The notes beneath the pieces were generated by a model. It saw nothing but the letters and a program-made list of their open reading frames with translations, was not told where the DNA came from and ran no database searches. From NCBI GenBank assembly GCA_041739935.1, contig JBGSMX010000144.1, positions 1-43,134 on the forward strand: a stretch of DNA of 43,134 bases. The letters run 5' to 3'. This stretch comes from Coriobacteriia bacterium (GTDB lineage: Bacteria; Actinomycetota; Coriobacteriia; Anaerosomatales; JAGXFU01). A program made the position numbers and the translations under genes. Every line of letters begins with the position of its first letter. The stretch's first letter is position 1. Shown here piece by piece: positions 17,899 through 26,915 of this stretch.

Positions 17899-17973
17899 TG
17901 GTGGGCCCGGCAGGATTCGAACCTGCAACCAAGGGATTATGAGTCCCCTGCTCCGCCATTGAGCTACGGGCCC
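17899..17973 (-). tRNA. tRNA with CAT anticodon, most likely tRNA-Ile2 (lysidine-modified)
   Basis: GGGCCCG/CGGGCCC acceptor, GCTC/GAGC D stem, GGGGA-CTCATAA-TCCCT, GCAGG-TTCGAAT-CCTGC, encoded ACCA. Paired 1:72 argues against the initiator; C4:G69 and C5:G68 are as in known TilS substrates. Confidence 0.92.
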
Positions 17974-18025
17974 GACCGGATCGGGTACGGTGCACAAAGG
18001 AACAGTTTAGCGCAACCTGGCCTCC

Positions 18026-18054
18026 TTGCCTGGTTGCGTTGCGTTCCGTATAAT
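18026..18054 (+). promoter_or_regulatory. Sigma-A promoter for tRNA-Asn
   Basis: TTGCCT(18026-18031)-17 bp-TATAAT(18049-18054), about 40 nt upstream of the tRNA. Confidence 0.8.
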
Positions 18055-18093
18055 CCTCAATCGCGCCACGACACCTCATCGGGGAAGCAACAT

Positions 18094-18169
<76 letters not shown>

Positions 18170-18181
18170 CTGACACTCAGC

Positions 18182-18215
18182 AGGCCGTCCCTCACGGGGC
18201 GGCCTTCTCGTTTCT
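18182..18215 (+). terminator. Intrinsic terminator after tRNA-Asn
   Basis: AGGCCGTCCC-TCAC-GGGGCGGCCT stem-loop followed by TCTCGTTTCT. Confidence 0.7.
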
Positions 18216-18280
18216 CCGCAGGACAAGCAGGGTACGCTCTGGTTCGAGGGCGACGGCGACTCCCCGCGAATAGAGGGACT

Positions 18281-19780
18281 ATGCACGTGCTGGTAGCAGA
18301 CGATGACGAGGCGAGCCGCTACTTGCTTTCGTCCATGCTTAGCGCCTCCGGGCATACCGTCACGACCGCCGAGGACGGCCAGGCCGCCCTTGAGTCCGCG
18401 CTTGAAACGCCTCCTGACCTCATCGTGAGCGATATCCTCATGCCCCGCATGGACGGGTACAGGCTGTGTCGCGAATGGCGTGCAACGGAATCGCTGGCCG
18501 ATATTCCGTTCGTCTTCTACACCGCCAACTACGCCGAGTCCGACGATGCCCGATTTGCCCAGAACCTCGGTGCGGACAAGTTCCTCATCAAGCCCATGGA
18601 GCCCGGTGCGCTCCTCTCAACGCTCGAGGAGTTGCTCGACGTCAGTGAGCGCGGGGACTACACCCCTCAGATTCCCGAAGCGGACGAGTCGGAAATCCTC
18701 AAGGAGTACAACGCGCGGCTGGTCAACAAACTCGAACGCCAACTGGGTGAGGCGAAGCGAACCAACGACGAGCTTCTCCGAACAGCTCTCGAGCTCACCA
18801 CCACGCAGCAAGCCCTTTCTAGCGTCTTCAGCGCATCGCCCGTGGCAATCATCACACTCGATGCCGACGGCAGAGTCGTCATGTGGAACGCTGCTGCAGA
18901 GCGCATGTTCGGGTGGAAGACGAGTGAAATAGTCGGCCAGCCGTGCCCGCTCCGGTCGATCGAGGGGAGCAACTGCCTCGACGTGCTCTCACGAACGGAC
19001 GGCAGCCTGACCGGTCACGAGACTGCGGTGACGACACGCGTCGGCGATTCAATCGAAGTCTCGGTGTCCGCCGACCGACTTGCTGAGCAGGGAGACTCCA
19101 CGGGGATCATCGCGCTGTTTACCGACATCACCGACCAGCAGGCAACTAAGCGCGATCTTGCCGAGTCGATCGAGAAGCTATCGCACATGGTTGACGGGAC
19201 TATCACGGCGATCGCGAAGATCATCGAGGCGCGCGATCCCTACACGTCGGGGCATCAGGAGCGCGTCGCGGCGCTTTCGGCGGCCATTGCGGCAGAGATG
19301 GGATACGACCAGGACTTCGTGGACGGCGTTCGGATCGCGGGATTGATCCACGACATCGGCAAGATCTATGTACCGGCGGAGATACTCACGAAACCCCGGC
19401 TGCTCACAGAAGTCGAGTTCGGACTCGTGAAGATGCACCCGCAGGTCGCCTACGACGTGCTGGCCTCGATCGATTTTCCCTGGCCGATTGCTGACTACGT
19501 CATCCAGCACCACGAGCGCCTCAACGGCAGCGGCTATCCCGCGGGCCTGTCAGACGGCGAGATTCTGCCCGGCTCCAAGATACTCGCCGTCGCCGACGTT
19601 CTTGAGGCGATGTCCTCGCACCGGCCCTACAAAGTCGCATCGGGCATCGATGCCGCGCTCGAAGAGCTCGAGTCGCATACTTCAACGCTCTACGACGAGC
19701 CTGCAGCTCACGCGTGCATACGCCTGTTCCGCGAGCGCGGATACCAACTACCGGAGGTTTCGGTTCCGGGAACGATCTGA
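18281..19780 (+). CDS. Response regulator with REC-PAS-HD-GYP domains (putative cyclic dinucleotide phosphodiesterase)
   Basis: REC VADDD...SDILMPRMDG...KP; coiled linker; PAS WNAAAERMFGW...DIT; RDPYTSGHQERV, HDIGK, HHERLNGSGYP, VADVLEAM..HRPYK. GAGGG RBS. Confidence 0.95.
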   Translation: MHVLVADDDEASRYLLSSMLSASGHTVTTAEDGQAALESALETPPDLIVSDILMPRMDGYRLCREWRATESLADIPFVFYTANYAESDDARFAQNLGADKFLIKPMEPGALLSTLEELLDVSERGDYTPQIPEADESEILKEYNARLVNKLERQLGEAKRTNDELLRTALELTTTQQALSSVFSASPVAIITLDADGRVVMWNAAAERMFGWKTSEIVGQPCPLRSIEGSNCLDVLSRTDGSLTGHETAVTTRVGDSIEVSVSADRLAEQGDSTGIIALFTDITDQQATKRDLAESIEKLSHMVDGTITAIAKIIEARDPYTSGHQERVAALSAAIAAEMGYDQDFVDGVRIAGLIHDIGKIYVPAEILTKPRLLTEVEFGLVKMHPQVAYDVLASIDFPWPIADYVIQHHERLNGSGYPAGLSDGEILPGSKILAVADVLEAMSSHRPYKVASGIDAALEELESHTSTLYDEPAAHACIRLFRERGYQLPEVSVPGTI

Positions 19781-19787
19781 CGCGCGA

Positions 19788-21122
19788 CTACTCCAGGTAG
19801 TCTTTCAGCTTGCTCGAACGCGAGGGATGGCGCAGCTTGCACAGCGTCTTTGACTCGATCTGCCTGATGCGCTCCCGGGTGACGCCGAACTCGCGCCCCA
19901 CTTCCTCGAGTGTTCGAGGGTGACCGTCGGTGAGGCCGAACCTCAGCTCGATGACCTTGCGTTCGCGCTCGGACAGGCCGTCGAGAACCTTTGAGAGCTG
20001 TTCCTGCAGCATCGAAAACGAGGCCGCCTCGGGCGGTACGATCGCTTCGCCGTCCTCGATGAAGTCCCCGAGTTGGCTGTCCTCTTCCTCGCCAATGGGA
20101 GTCTCGAGCGAAACGGGCTCCTGGCTGATCTTGAGAATCTCGCGAACTCGATCGGCCGTCATATCCATCTGGTCGCCGATTTCCTCGGGCGTAGGTTCAC
20201 GACCGAGCTCCTGGAGCAACTGACGCTGCACGCGAATGAGCTTGTTGATCGTCTCGACCATGTGCACGGGAATACGGATCGTACGTGCCTGGTCAGCAAT
20301 CGCACGCGTGATGGCCTGGCGGATCCACCAGGTGGCGTACGTCGAGAACTTGAATCCCTTGGTGTAGTCGAATTTCTCGACCGCACGAATCAATCCCAGG
20401 TTCCCTTCCTGGATCAGGTCCAGGAACAGCATGCCGCGTCCCACATAGCGTTTGGCGATCGACACGACGAGGCGCAGGTTCGCCTCAACGAGCTGCTGCT
20501 TCGCATCGAGTCCCACCTGTTCGATCCTGCGGATACGCCTGCGCTCAGCACGGTCGAGTACCAGTCCCCGTGCTTCGGCTTCTTCTACGCGCTCTGTGGC
20601 TTCAAGACCCGCCTCGATCTTCATGGCTAGGTCGATCTCCTGCGCGGCGGTAAGCAGCGGCACCTTGCCGATCTCTTTCAGATACATGCGGACCGGATCG
20701 CCCGTCAGCGGCGCCAGGTTGGCGTCAGCACCGCGGCGCTTGGTCTTCTTCTTGCCCGCCTTGGCAGGCTTGGGCAGCGGAATGCTGATCTGCTCTTTTT
20801 CCGGCGACTCTTCGTCGTCGTCCGAATCGTCAAGATCCTCAACGACCGCCTCGACGACAGCCACCTCTTCGGGCTCGTCGAGAATCGCGATGCCCGAGTC
20901 TCGGAATGCCGAGTAGATCGTGTCGACCTGGTCGTCGGAAAGATCCAGATCGCCTATGGCGCCCTGAATCTCTTCCTCGGTCAGATTGCCCTTCTTCTTG
21001 CCGATCTTGGTGAGCGTCTTCACCTCGGCAAGTTGGAGCTCTTCTTGGGCAGCCTGCTCGGCTTTGGTCCCTGCCTTCTTAGCAGCGGCGGTCGCTGGTG
21101 TCGTCGTCGTCTCGCTGGCCAC
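19788..21122 (-). CDS. rpoD: Primary RNA polymerase sigma factor RpoD/SigA
   Basis: [75 protein letters not shown]. Likely GTG start just after the dnaG stop. Confidence 0.97.
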   Translation of the reverse strand: MASETTTTPATAAAKKAGTKAEQAAQEELQLAEVKTLTKIGKKKGNLTEEEIQGAIGDLDLSDDQVDTIYSAFRDSGIAILDEPEEVAVVEAVVEDLDDSDDDEESPEKEQISIPLPKPAKAGKKKTKRRGADANLAPLTGDPVRMYLKEIGKVPLLTAAQEIDLAMKIEAGLEATERVEEAEARGLVLDRAERRRIRRIEQVGLDAKQQLVEANLRLVVSIAKRYVGRGMLFLDLIQEGNLGLIRAVEKFDYTKGFKFSTYATWWIRQAITRAIADQARTIRIPVHMVETINKLIRVQRQLLQELGREPTPEEIGDQMDMTADRVREILKISQEPVSLETPIGEEEDSQLGDFIEDGEAIVPPEAASFSMLQEQLSKVLDGLSERERKVIELRFGLTDGHPRTLEEVGREFGVTRERIRQIESKTLCKLRHPSRSSKLKDYLE

Positions 21123-21123
21123 G

Positions 21124-22974
21124 CTATCCCCACGCTTCCATGTCATCTTCGGCGATAGGTTCGCGGCGCATCCGGTCGCGCCGCACCTGCAATTCACCGA
21201 TCTCCCTGTATAGGTCGTCATACGCCGACCGGTCCTTGACCGGATCGAGCGTATTCATGCGTGCCTTCTTCTCTCTGATTTGACGCTCGAGAGCAAAATC
21301 CTTGAGTTTGCTTAACAGCTCGAGAGCGACAGATTCCACATCTTCGTTCCCGTCAGCGTCCACGAGCAACCCGCTCAAGACGTCTGCCGCCTCAGGATCT
21401 CGTTCCTGCAAGCCGGTCACGATCGTCTCGGGTGCGATAACACTCGATGCCAGGACAACTTCGAGCAAAGTGCGCGACATCCTGTCTGTCAGGAGGTCGG
21501 AATCAAGCAATCCGCGTGCCCGGTCTCGCAATATCGGGTTCGCGGCGACCATTCCGACCAGACTGCGCTCGGCGCGCTCGGCGGGCCCGATCGGGACGTT
21601 CGCCCGCAGCTTTGGCTCCCCCGGCGCAGCTGCTGCTTCGTCGCGAGCCATTGTCGCAGCCACGGCCGGACGGGCTCGTTCCATTGCCGAGACGACCGTC
21701 GAGTAGTCGGTGAGCAATCGATCGGCAACGTAGTTCGCGTAGTCCTGGGCAAGGAGCGAGCCCTTCACCACGGCGAGTACCGAGGCGGCTTCTCCGAGCG
21801 CCCGTGCACGCCCTTCGGGAGACTTCAGGTCGTGGTTGGACATGCGCCGGTCGAGCACGAATTCCATGAGCGGACGGGCAGCATCTATCACCGCCCGCAT
21901 TGCATCGGCGCCCTGTGCGGAGACGTAGTCCGCAGGGTCTTTGCCTTCGGGCACGACCGCAACGGCAAGCTCGATCGCCTGCGCACCGCCGGAAGCGATT
22001 GCCACGTCAATGAACTCGATCGCCCGATCCGCAGCGCGCATGCCGGCCTCATCGGCATCGAACAGGTACACGATCCTGGAAGCGAACCTGCCGAGCATCG
22101 TGACGTGCTCGCGCGTGAGCGCGGTGCCAAGGGTCGCCACCGCATTCTCCAGTCCAGCTTCGTGCAGCGCGATCACGTCCGTGTAGCCTTCCACAACGAC
22201 GGCGGCGCGGCTGGTGACGATTGGATTGCGCGACCGGTCGATGGCGTACAGATTGCGCGATTTGTGAAAGATCGGCGTCTCCTGAGTGTTCAGGTACTTC
22301 GGCTCGCCCGAGCCCAACACGCGACCCCCGAACCCGACGGCCTTGCCGGCCACGTCCCGTATCGGGAACATCACCCGTTCGTAGAAGCGATCGCGGACCC
22401 GCCCGTCATCCGAACGCAGACCCAGATTCGCCCCGACGATCTCCTCGGCGGAAAAGCCCTTCGAGCGCAGGTGGGCGGTCAGCACTCCCCTGCCGGGTGC
22501 ATAGCCGATCTCGAAGCGCTTCGCCGTCTCGATGCCGAATCCCCGGCTCTTCAGGTAGTCCCTCGCCGCAGCAGCGGGACTATCCGCCGAGGACACCAAG
22601 GTCTTGTGATAGAAGCGCGCGGCTTCGTCGCATGCCTCAGAGAGGCGCTCTCTGAGTCCTCGGGGCGCGGACTCTCCGACATCACTGATCTCGATGTGCG
22701 CGCGGTCGGCCAGATTGCGCACGGCGTCGCGAAACTCCACGTGCTCCGTCTTCATGAGGAAGCCGAACGCGTCGCCGCCCTCGCCGCAGCCGAAGCAGTG
22801 CCACAACTGCGTGGCCGGGTCGACCTTGAAAGACGGCGTCTTCTCGCCGTGGAACGGGCACAGGCCCCAGTACAGGCGGCCTTTCTTCTTGAGAACGACC
22901 TTCTCGGAGACGACCTGGACGACATCGGTCGCATCTCGAACGCGCTGAATGTCCTCGTCCGGAATGCGACCCAC
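21124..22974 (-). CDS. dnaG: DNA primase
   Basis: Zn finger [11 protein letters not shown]...[41 protein letters not shown] start with GGAGGAGG RBS. Confidence 0.97.
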   Translation of the reverse strand: MGRIPDEDIQRVRDATDVVQVVSEKVVLKKKGRLYWGLCPFHGEKTPSFKVDPATQLWHCFGCGEGGDAFGFLMKTEHVEFRDAVRNLADRAHIEISDVGESAPRGLRERLSEACDEAARFYHKTLVSSADSPAAAARDYLKSRGFGIETAKRFEIGYAPGRGVLTAHLRSKGFSAEEIVGANLGLRSDDGRVRDRFYERVMFPIRDVAGKAVGFGGRVLGSGEPKYLNTQETPIFHKSRNLYAIDRSRNPIVTSRAAVVVEGYTDVIALHEAGLENAVATLGTALTREHVTMLGRFASRIVYLFDADEAGMRAADRAIEFIDVAIASGGAQAIELAVAVVPEGKDPADYVSAQGADAMRAVIDAARPLMEFVLDRRMSNHDLKSPEGRARALGEAASVLAVVKGSLLAQDYANYVADRLLTDYSTVVSAMERARPAVAATMARDEAAAAPGEPKLRANVPIGPAERAERSLVGMVAANPILRDRARGLLDSDLLTDRMSRTLLEVVLASSVIAPETIVTGLQERDPEAADVLSGLLVDADGNEDVESVALELLSKLKDFALERQIREKKARMNTLDPVKDRSAYDDLYREIGELQVRRDRMRREPIAEDDMEAWG

Positions 22975-23075
22975 GTGTCCTCCTCCCGCGATGCCAGGCA
23001 CTAACGCCCTTGATGACTCCTACCCCATACCGACACGCAACGAGCGGCGCGCGGACGGACCGACTGAGACAACGA

Positions 23076-23109
23076 TGCTCCCGGGGGCGGATTCCCACCC
23101 CCGGGAGCA
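23076..23109 (-). terminator. Strong hairpin downstream of hppA, probable terminator or processing stem
   Basis: Perfect 12-bp inverted repeat TGCTCCCGGGGG/CCCCCGGGAGCA; weak U tail (TCGTTGTCT) on minus. Confidence 0.65.
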
Positions 23110-23154
23110 CTCATGTTCACACGCAAGACCATGCGGGACGAGCCCGCCGAACTG

Positions 23155-25251
23155 CTAGCCGCCGTGTACCTTGAGGAACAGCGGCACGAACACGAGAGAT
23201 ACAACGGTCATGAGCTTGATGAGGATGTTCATGGCCGGACCGGAGGTGTCCTTGAACGGATCGCCAACGGTATCGCCAACGACCGCGGCCTTGTGAGCCT
23301 CGGATCCCTTGCCTCCGTGAACACCGCCCTCGATGTACTTCTTCGCGTTGTCCCACGCGCCACCTGCGTTCGCCATCATGATGGCGAGCAGGAAGCCGGA
23401 CACAACCGCGCCGGCGAGGAATCCACCGAGTATTTCCAGGTTGAGCAGACCCAGGGTGATCGGGATGACCACGGCGAGAACACCAGGGACGACCATCTCT
23501 TTGAGCGCACCCTTTGTTGCGATGGCGACGCACGACGCGTAGTCAGCGCGGGCATCCTCGCGGCCTTCGAGCAGGCCGGGAATCTCCTTGAACTGGCGAC
23601 GCACCTCACCGATCATCGCAAACGCCGCACGGCCAACCGCGTTCATGGTGAGAGCGCCGAAGAGGAATGGCAGCATCGCACCCACGAAGAGGCCAACGAC
23701 AACGAGCGGATTCTCCAGCGACAGGTCGAGCGTGATGCCGCCGGCGGCGATGGTGGTCCGGAATGCGGTGAACAACGCCAGAGCGGTGAGACCGGCAGAG
23801 CCGATCGCGAAGCCCTTGGCGATCGCGGCCGTGGTGTTGCCGACCGAGTCGAGCGAGTCGGTGATCTTGCGGATGCCCGGCTCCATGTGCGCCATCTCGG
23901 CGATACCGCCGGCGTTGTCGGCGACGGGACCGTAAGCATCAACGCCCACCGTGATCGCGGTGATCGACAGCATACCCAGGGCAGCCAGGGCGATACCGTA
24001 GATGCCGGAGACAGGGTTGTCGGGAACCGCGAGGTTGCCCATGTAGTAGGCACCGTAGATGCCCACCGCGACGACCAGGATCGGCCCGACGGTCGAGATC
24101 ATGCCAACGCCCAGACCGGCGATGATGTTAGTCGCGGCGCCGGTCTTGCTCGCCTCGGCTATGCCCTTCACCGGCTTGAAGTGATCAGAGCAGTAGTACT
24201 CGGTGATCTGGCCGATCGCGATACCCGCAGCCAGGCCAATTACCACCGAGCCGAAGAACCAGAAGCGGGCCATGTCACCGACGGTGACTGCCCACCAATA
24301 GAAGAGGCCAGCCATCGCGGCGACTTCGAGGATCGCGGCGACGTAGGTACCTATGTTCAACGCCATGTGCAGGTTGCCGCCCTCTTTGGCGCGGACCGCG
24401 AACAGGCCGATGATCGACATGATGATGCCGGCCCCGGCGATGAGCAGGGGCATAGTGACGCCGAACGCGAAGTCAACGGTGCCCGTCGCCCACAGAGACA
24501 GAGCAAGCACGATCGGGGCGAGCATCGAGCCAACGAAGCTCTCGAACAGGTCGGCACCCATGCCTGCAACGTCACCTACGTTGTCGCCCACGTTGTCGGC
24601 GATGACGGCGGGGTTGCGAGGATCGTCTTCCGGAATTCCGGCTTCGACCTTACCCACGAGGTCGGCTCCCACGTCAGCAGCCTTGGTGTAGATACCGCCG
24701 CCGACACGGGCGAACAGTGCGATCGAGCTGGCTCCCAGAGCGAAGCCGTTGACGATCGCCTGGTCCGCGATCGGATTCGAGCCCGTGACTATGAACACGA
24801 TAGTCCACACTGACAGGCCCAACACGCCGAACGAGGCCACGGTAAGGCCCATCGTGAGGCCCGAGCGGAACGCGACGTTGAGCGCTTTGGCAATGCCTGT
24901 GGTGGCGGCCTGCGCAGTACGCGTGTTCGCACGCGTGGCCACGTACATGCCCACGAATCCCGCCGTAGCGGACAGCAAACCACCGGTAATGAACGATGCG
25001 CCTGTGAGCAGGCCTTCACGCAGACTCGTGCCCGTCAGACCAAGCGCGACGAATACAACTGCGGCGAAGATGATCAATACGCGCCACTCCGCCTTCAGGA
25101 ACGCCATCGCGCCTTCCTGGATGGCTTGCGAGATCTCTTGCATCTTCTTGGTGCCGGGATCCTGCTTGAGAACCCACGAGCCGAGGAACGCGGCGACGGC
25201 GAGACCCACCACCGCGGCGGCAGGCGCTAGCCACGCTACTGCCTCATTCAT
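23155..25251 (-). CDS. hppA: Membrane-integral pyrophosphatase, K+-dependent (probably Na+-translocating)
   Basis: [62 protein letters not shown] (Ala = K+-dependent class), [23 protein letters not shown]. Confidence 0.97.
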   Translation of the reverse strand: MNEAVAWLAPAAAVVGLAVAAFLGSWVLKQDPGTKKMQEISQAIQEGAMAFLKAEWRVLIIFAAVVFVALGLTGTSLREGLLTGASFITGGLLSATAGFVGMYVATRANTRTAQAATTGIAKALNVAFRSGLTMGLTVASFGVLGLSVWTIVFIVTGSNPIADQAIVNGFALGASSIALFARVGGGIYTKAADVGADLVGKVEAGIPEDDPRNPAVIADNVGDNVGDVAGMGADLFESFVGSMLAPIVLALSLWATGTVDFAFGVTMPLLIAGAGIIMSIIGLFAVRAKEGGNLHMALNIGTYVAAILEVAAMAGLFYWWAVTVGDMARFWFFGSVVIGLAAGIAIGQITEYYCSDHFKPVKGIAEASKTGAATNIIAGLGVGMISTVGPILVVAVGIYGAYYMGNLAVPDNPVSGIYGIALAALGMLSITAITVGVDAYGPVADNAGGIAEMAHMEPGIRKITDSLDSVGNTTAAIAKGFAIGSAGLTALALFTAFRTTIAAGGITLDLSLENPLVVVGLFVGAMLPFLFGALTMNAVGRAAFAMIGEVRRQFKEIPGLLEGREDARADYASCVAIATKGALKEMVVPGVLAVVIPITLGLLNLEILGGFLAGAVVSGFLLAIMMANAGGAWDNAKKYIEGGVHGGKGSEAHKAAVVGDTVGDPFKDTSGPAMNILIKLMTVVSLVFVPLFLKVHGG

Positions 25252-25327
25252 ACACCCTCTCCCTTCGATCCATTCCAGGAACCCTCCCCTAACCCGTCCG
25301 TCGAGCGGGGCGGGTAACGCTCGGCTG

Positions 25328-25356
25328 ATGATACCGAAGGGTGCATACCTCGGCAA
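25328..25356 (-). promoter_or_regulatory. Sigma-A promoter for hppA
   Basis: TTGCCG-17 bp-TATCAT on the minus strand, about 75 nt upstream of the start codon. Confidence 0.7.
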
Positions 25357-25416
25357 CAGAACGGAAACGATTGGCATCGCCACGATGCGTCGCACCGCTC
25401 CGACCTGCGAAACCCT

Positions 25417-26451
25417 CTAGAACATCCAGTTCCTCGGCATGAAGTGGTGCTCGTACTGACGCAGCGCGAAACGGTCGGTCATGCCGGAAACGTAGTCGGT
25501 GACAGCCTGCGGCAGTCCGGCGGATTCGTCAGGACGGTGCTCCGCCGGCAGCGCATCAGGGTGCTCGATGTAGTATCGGAACAACTCGTGAACCACACCG
25601 AACGCCTTGGGTTCCTCGGCCTTTGCGCGATCGGAGAGATACACGTGGTCGAACAGCCATGCCCGCAGCTCCATCATCGCGTCCCACACCGGCTCCGACA
25701 TGCGGATGCGGTCCGACTCGTGGCTCGACTCGACCATGTCGGTCACCATTGTGGTGATCCGCGCTCCGTGATGGTGACCCAGGACGTCGGTGGGACCAGA
25801 CGGCAGGTCGCTCTCACTCAAGACACCGCCGCGAATCGAGTCGTCGATATCGTGGTTGATGTACGCGATGCGGTCGGCAATGCGCACGATCTGGCCCTCG
25901 AGCGTCGCGGGCAGCCCGTCGCCCGTATGATTCCGGATTCCATCGCGCACCTCATAGGTGAGGTTGAGCCCTTTGCCTGCATATTCCAGGTGCTCGACGA
26001 TTCGCAGCGACTGAAGATTGTGGTGAAACGGCACAGGAACGTGCGGGTATTCGTCCGCTATCTCGGTGAGAGCAGCGTTGAGCGCATCTTCTCCGATGTG
26101 TCCGAACGGCGTGTGGCCAAGGTCGTGCCCGAGCGCGATCGCCTCGGTGAGATCCTCGTTCAGTCGCAGCGCTCGCGCGATCGAACGGCCGATCTGCGCC
26201 ACCTCGAGGGTGTGCGTGAGCCGCGTCCGGTAGTGATCGCCCTCGGGCGCCAGGAAGACCTGCGTCTTGTGGGACAGACGCCTAAACGCTTTGCAGTGAA
26301 TGATGCGGTCCCGATCGCGCTGATACGCAGTGCGGTACGGATCGGGCGCCAGTTCGATCTTGCGACCGCGCGAGTCAGCCGAGTGCGCCGCGCGCGATTG
26401 CAGGCGACTCTGCTCCTCGGCCTCGTACTGCTCTCTGGTGATGATGGTCAT
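25417..26451 (-). CDS. dgt: Deoxyguanosinetriphosphate triphosphohydrolase (HD family)
   Basis: RTAYQRDRDRIIH..AFRRLSHKTQVF, RTRLTHTLEV, GHDLGHTPFGH, ADRIAYINHD, DYVSGMTD. Confidence 0.96.
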   Translation of the reverse strand: MTIITREQYEAEEQSRLQSRAAHSADSRGRKIELAPDPYRTAYQRDRDRIIHCKAFRRLSHKTQVFLAPEGDHYRTRLTHTLEVAQIGRSIARALRLNEDLTEAIALGHDLGHTPFGHIGEDALNAALTEIADEYPHVPVPFHHNLQSLRIVEHLEYAGKGLNLTYEVRDGIRNHTGDGLPATLEGQIVRIADRIAYINHDIDDSIRGGVLSESDLPSGPTDVLGHHHGARITTMVTDMVESSHESDRIRMSEPVWDAMMELRAWLFDHVYLSDRAKAEEPKAFGVVHELFRYYIEHPDALPAEHRPDESAGLPQAVTDYVSGMTDRFALRQYEHHFMPRNWMF

Positions 26452-26497
26452 GCGCCAGACCCAATCCTCGATCGCTGAAAACGGTGGCGCCTTCGCC

Positions 26498-26857
26498 CTA
26501 CAGACCCGCCATGCCCAGAAGCCAGGCCGACACCGCGCCCAGGGCCAGGCCGAAGACGGCCACCGACTGCCACTGGCGACGCCACCCGAAACCGCGCGCA
26601 ACCGGCACGCCTATCGCAGCGCCCACGGCAGCGCCCGGCGCGAAGAGTAGCACGGTCGAGCGGGCGGCGCTGACCAGATCGCTCGCCCCGAACGCGGACT
26701 GAGGATCCAGGCCCCGATACACGAAGATGCCGAAGGCGACCACACAGCACACCACAAACCCAAGCGACCACTCTCCCCAGAAGGTGCGCTCCGCCTTGGA
26801 GTGCCCCTGGATGAGCGGCGAGCCCGGTCTTTGGAAGAGCTTCGTGCTGCGGGACAT
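26498..26857 (-). CDS. Hypothetical small membrane protein (about 3 TM)
   Basis: GGGGGAGG RBS before ATG 26857; three hydrophobic segments; fills the gap between the ppdK terminator and dgt. Confidence 0.65.
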   Translation of the reverse strand: MSRSTKLFQRPGSPLIQGHSKAERTFWGEWSLGFVVCCVVAFGIFVYRGLDPQSAFGASDLVSAARSTVLLFAPGAAVGAAIGVPVARGFGWRRQWQSVAVFGLALGAVSAWLLGMAGL

Positions 26858-26874
26858 GCGCCTCCCCCACGCGC

Positions 26875-26913
26875 ACAAACGCGATGGCCCACCGTTTCGG
26901 CGGTGGGCCATCG
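26875..26913 (-). terminator. Intrinsic terminator of ppdK
   Basis: Perfect 13-bp IR CGATGGCCCACCG/CGGTGGGCCATCG (26882-26913) directly after the stop, followed by CGTTTGT on minus. Confidence 0.8.
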
Positions 26914-26915
26914 TT

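Noticed and set aside
775-17973. Polysaccharide locus as a tRNA-integrated genomic island
   Set aside because: No integrase and no duplicated tRNA 3' end (att site) seen in the window; a distal att outside the window cannot be excluded.
17899-17973. Initiator tRNA-fMet call for the CAT tRNA
   Set aside because: 1:72 is a G:C pair and positions 29-31 are GGA rather than GGG. Elongator Met is less likely than Ile2 but not fully excluded.
17888-18079. Long N-terminal extension of the amidase ORF in the ORF track
   Set aside because: It runs through the tRNA-Ile2 gene and promoter region; ATG 17887 gives a normal basic plus hydrophobic N-terminus.
23113-24813. 566-aa plus-strand ORF antisense to hppA, and similar long antisense ORFs over glyS, dnaG, dgt, wzc and 15128-16747
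   Set aside because: They lie opposite well-supported genes, have Arg/Ala/Gly-rich shadow composition and show no family motifs.
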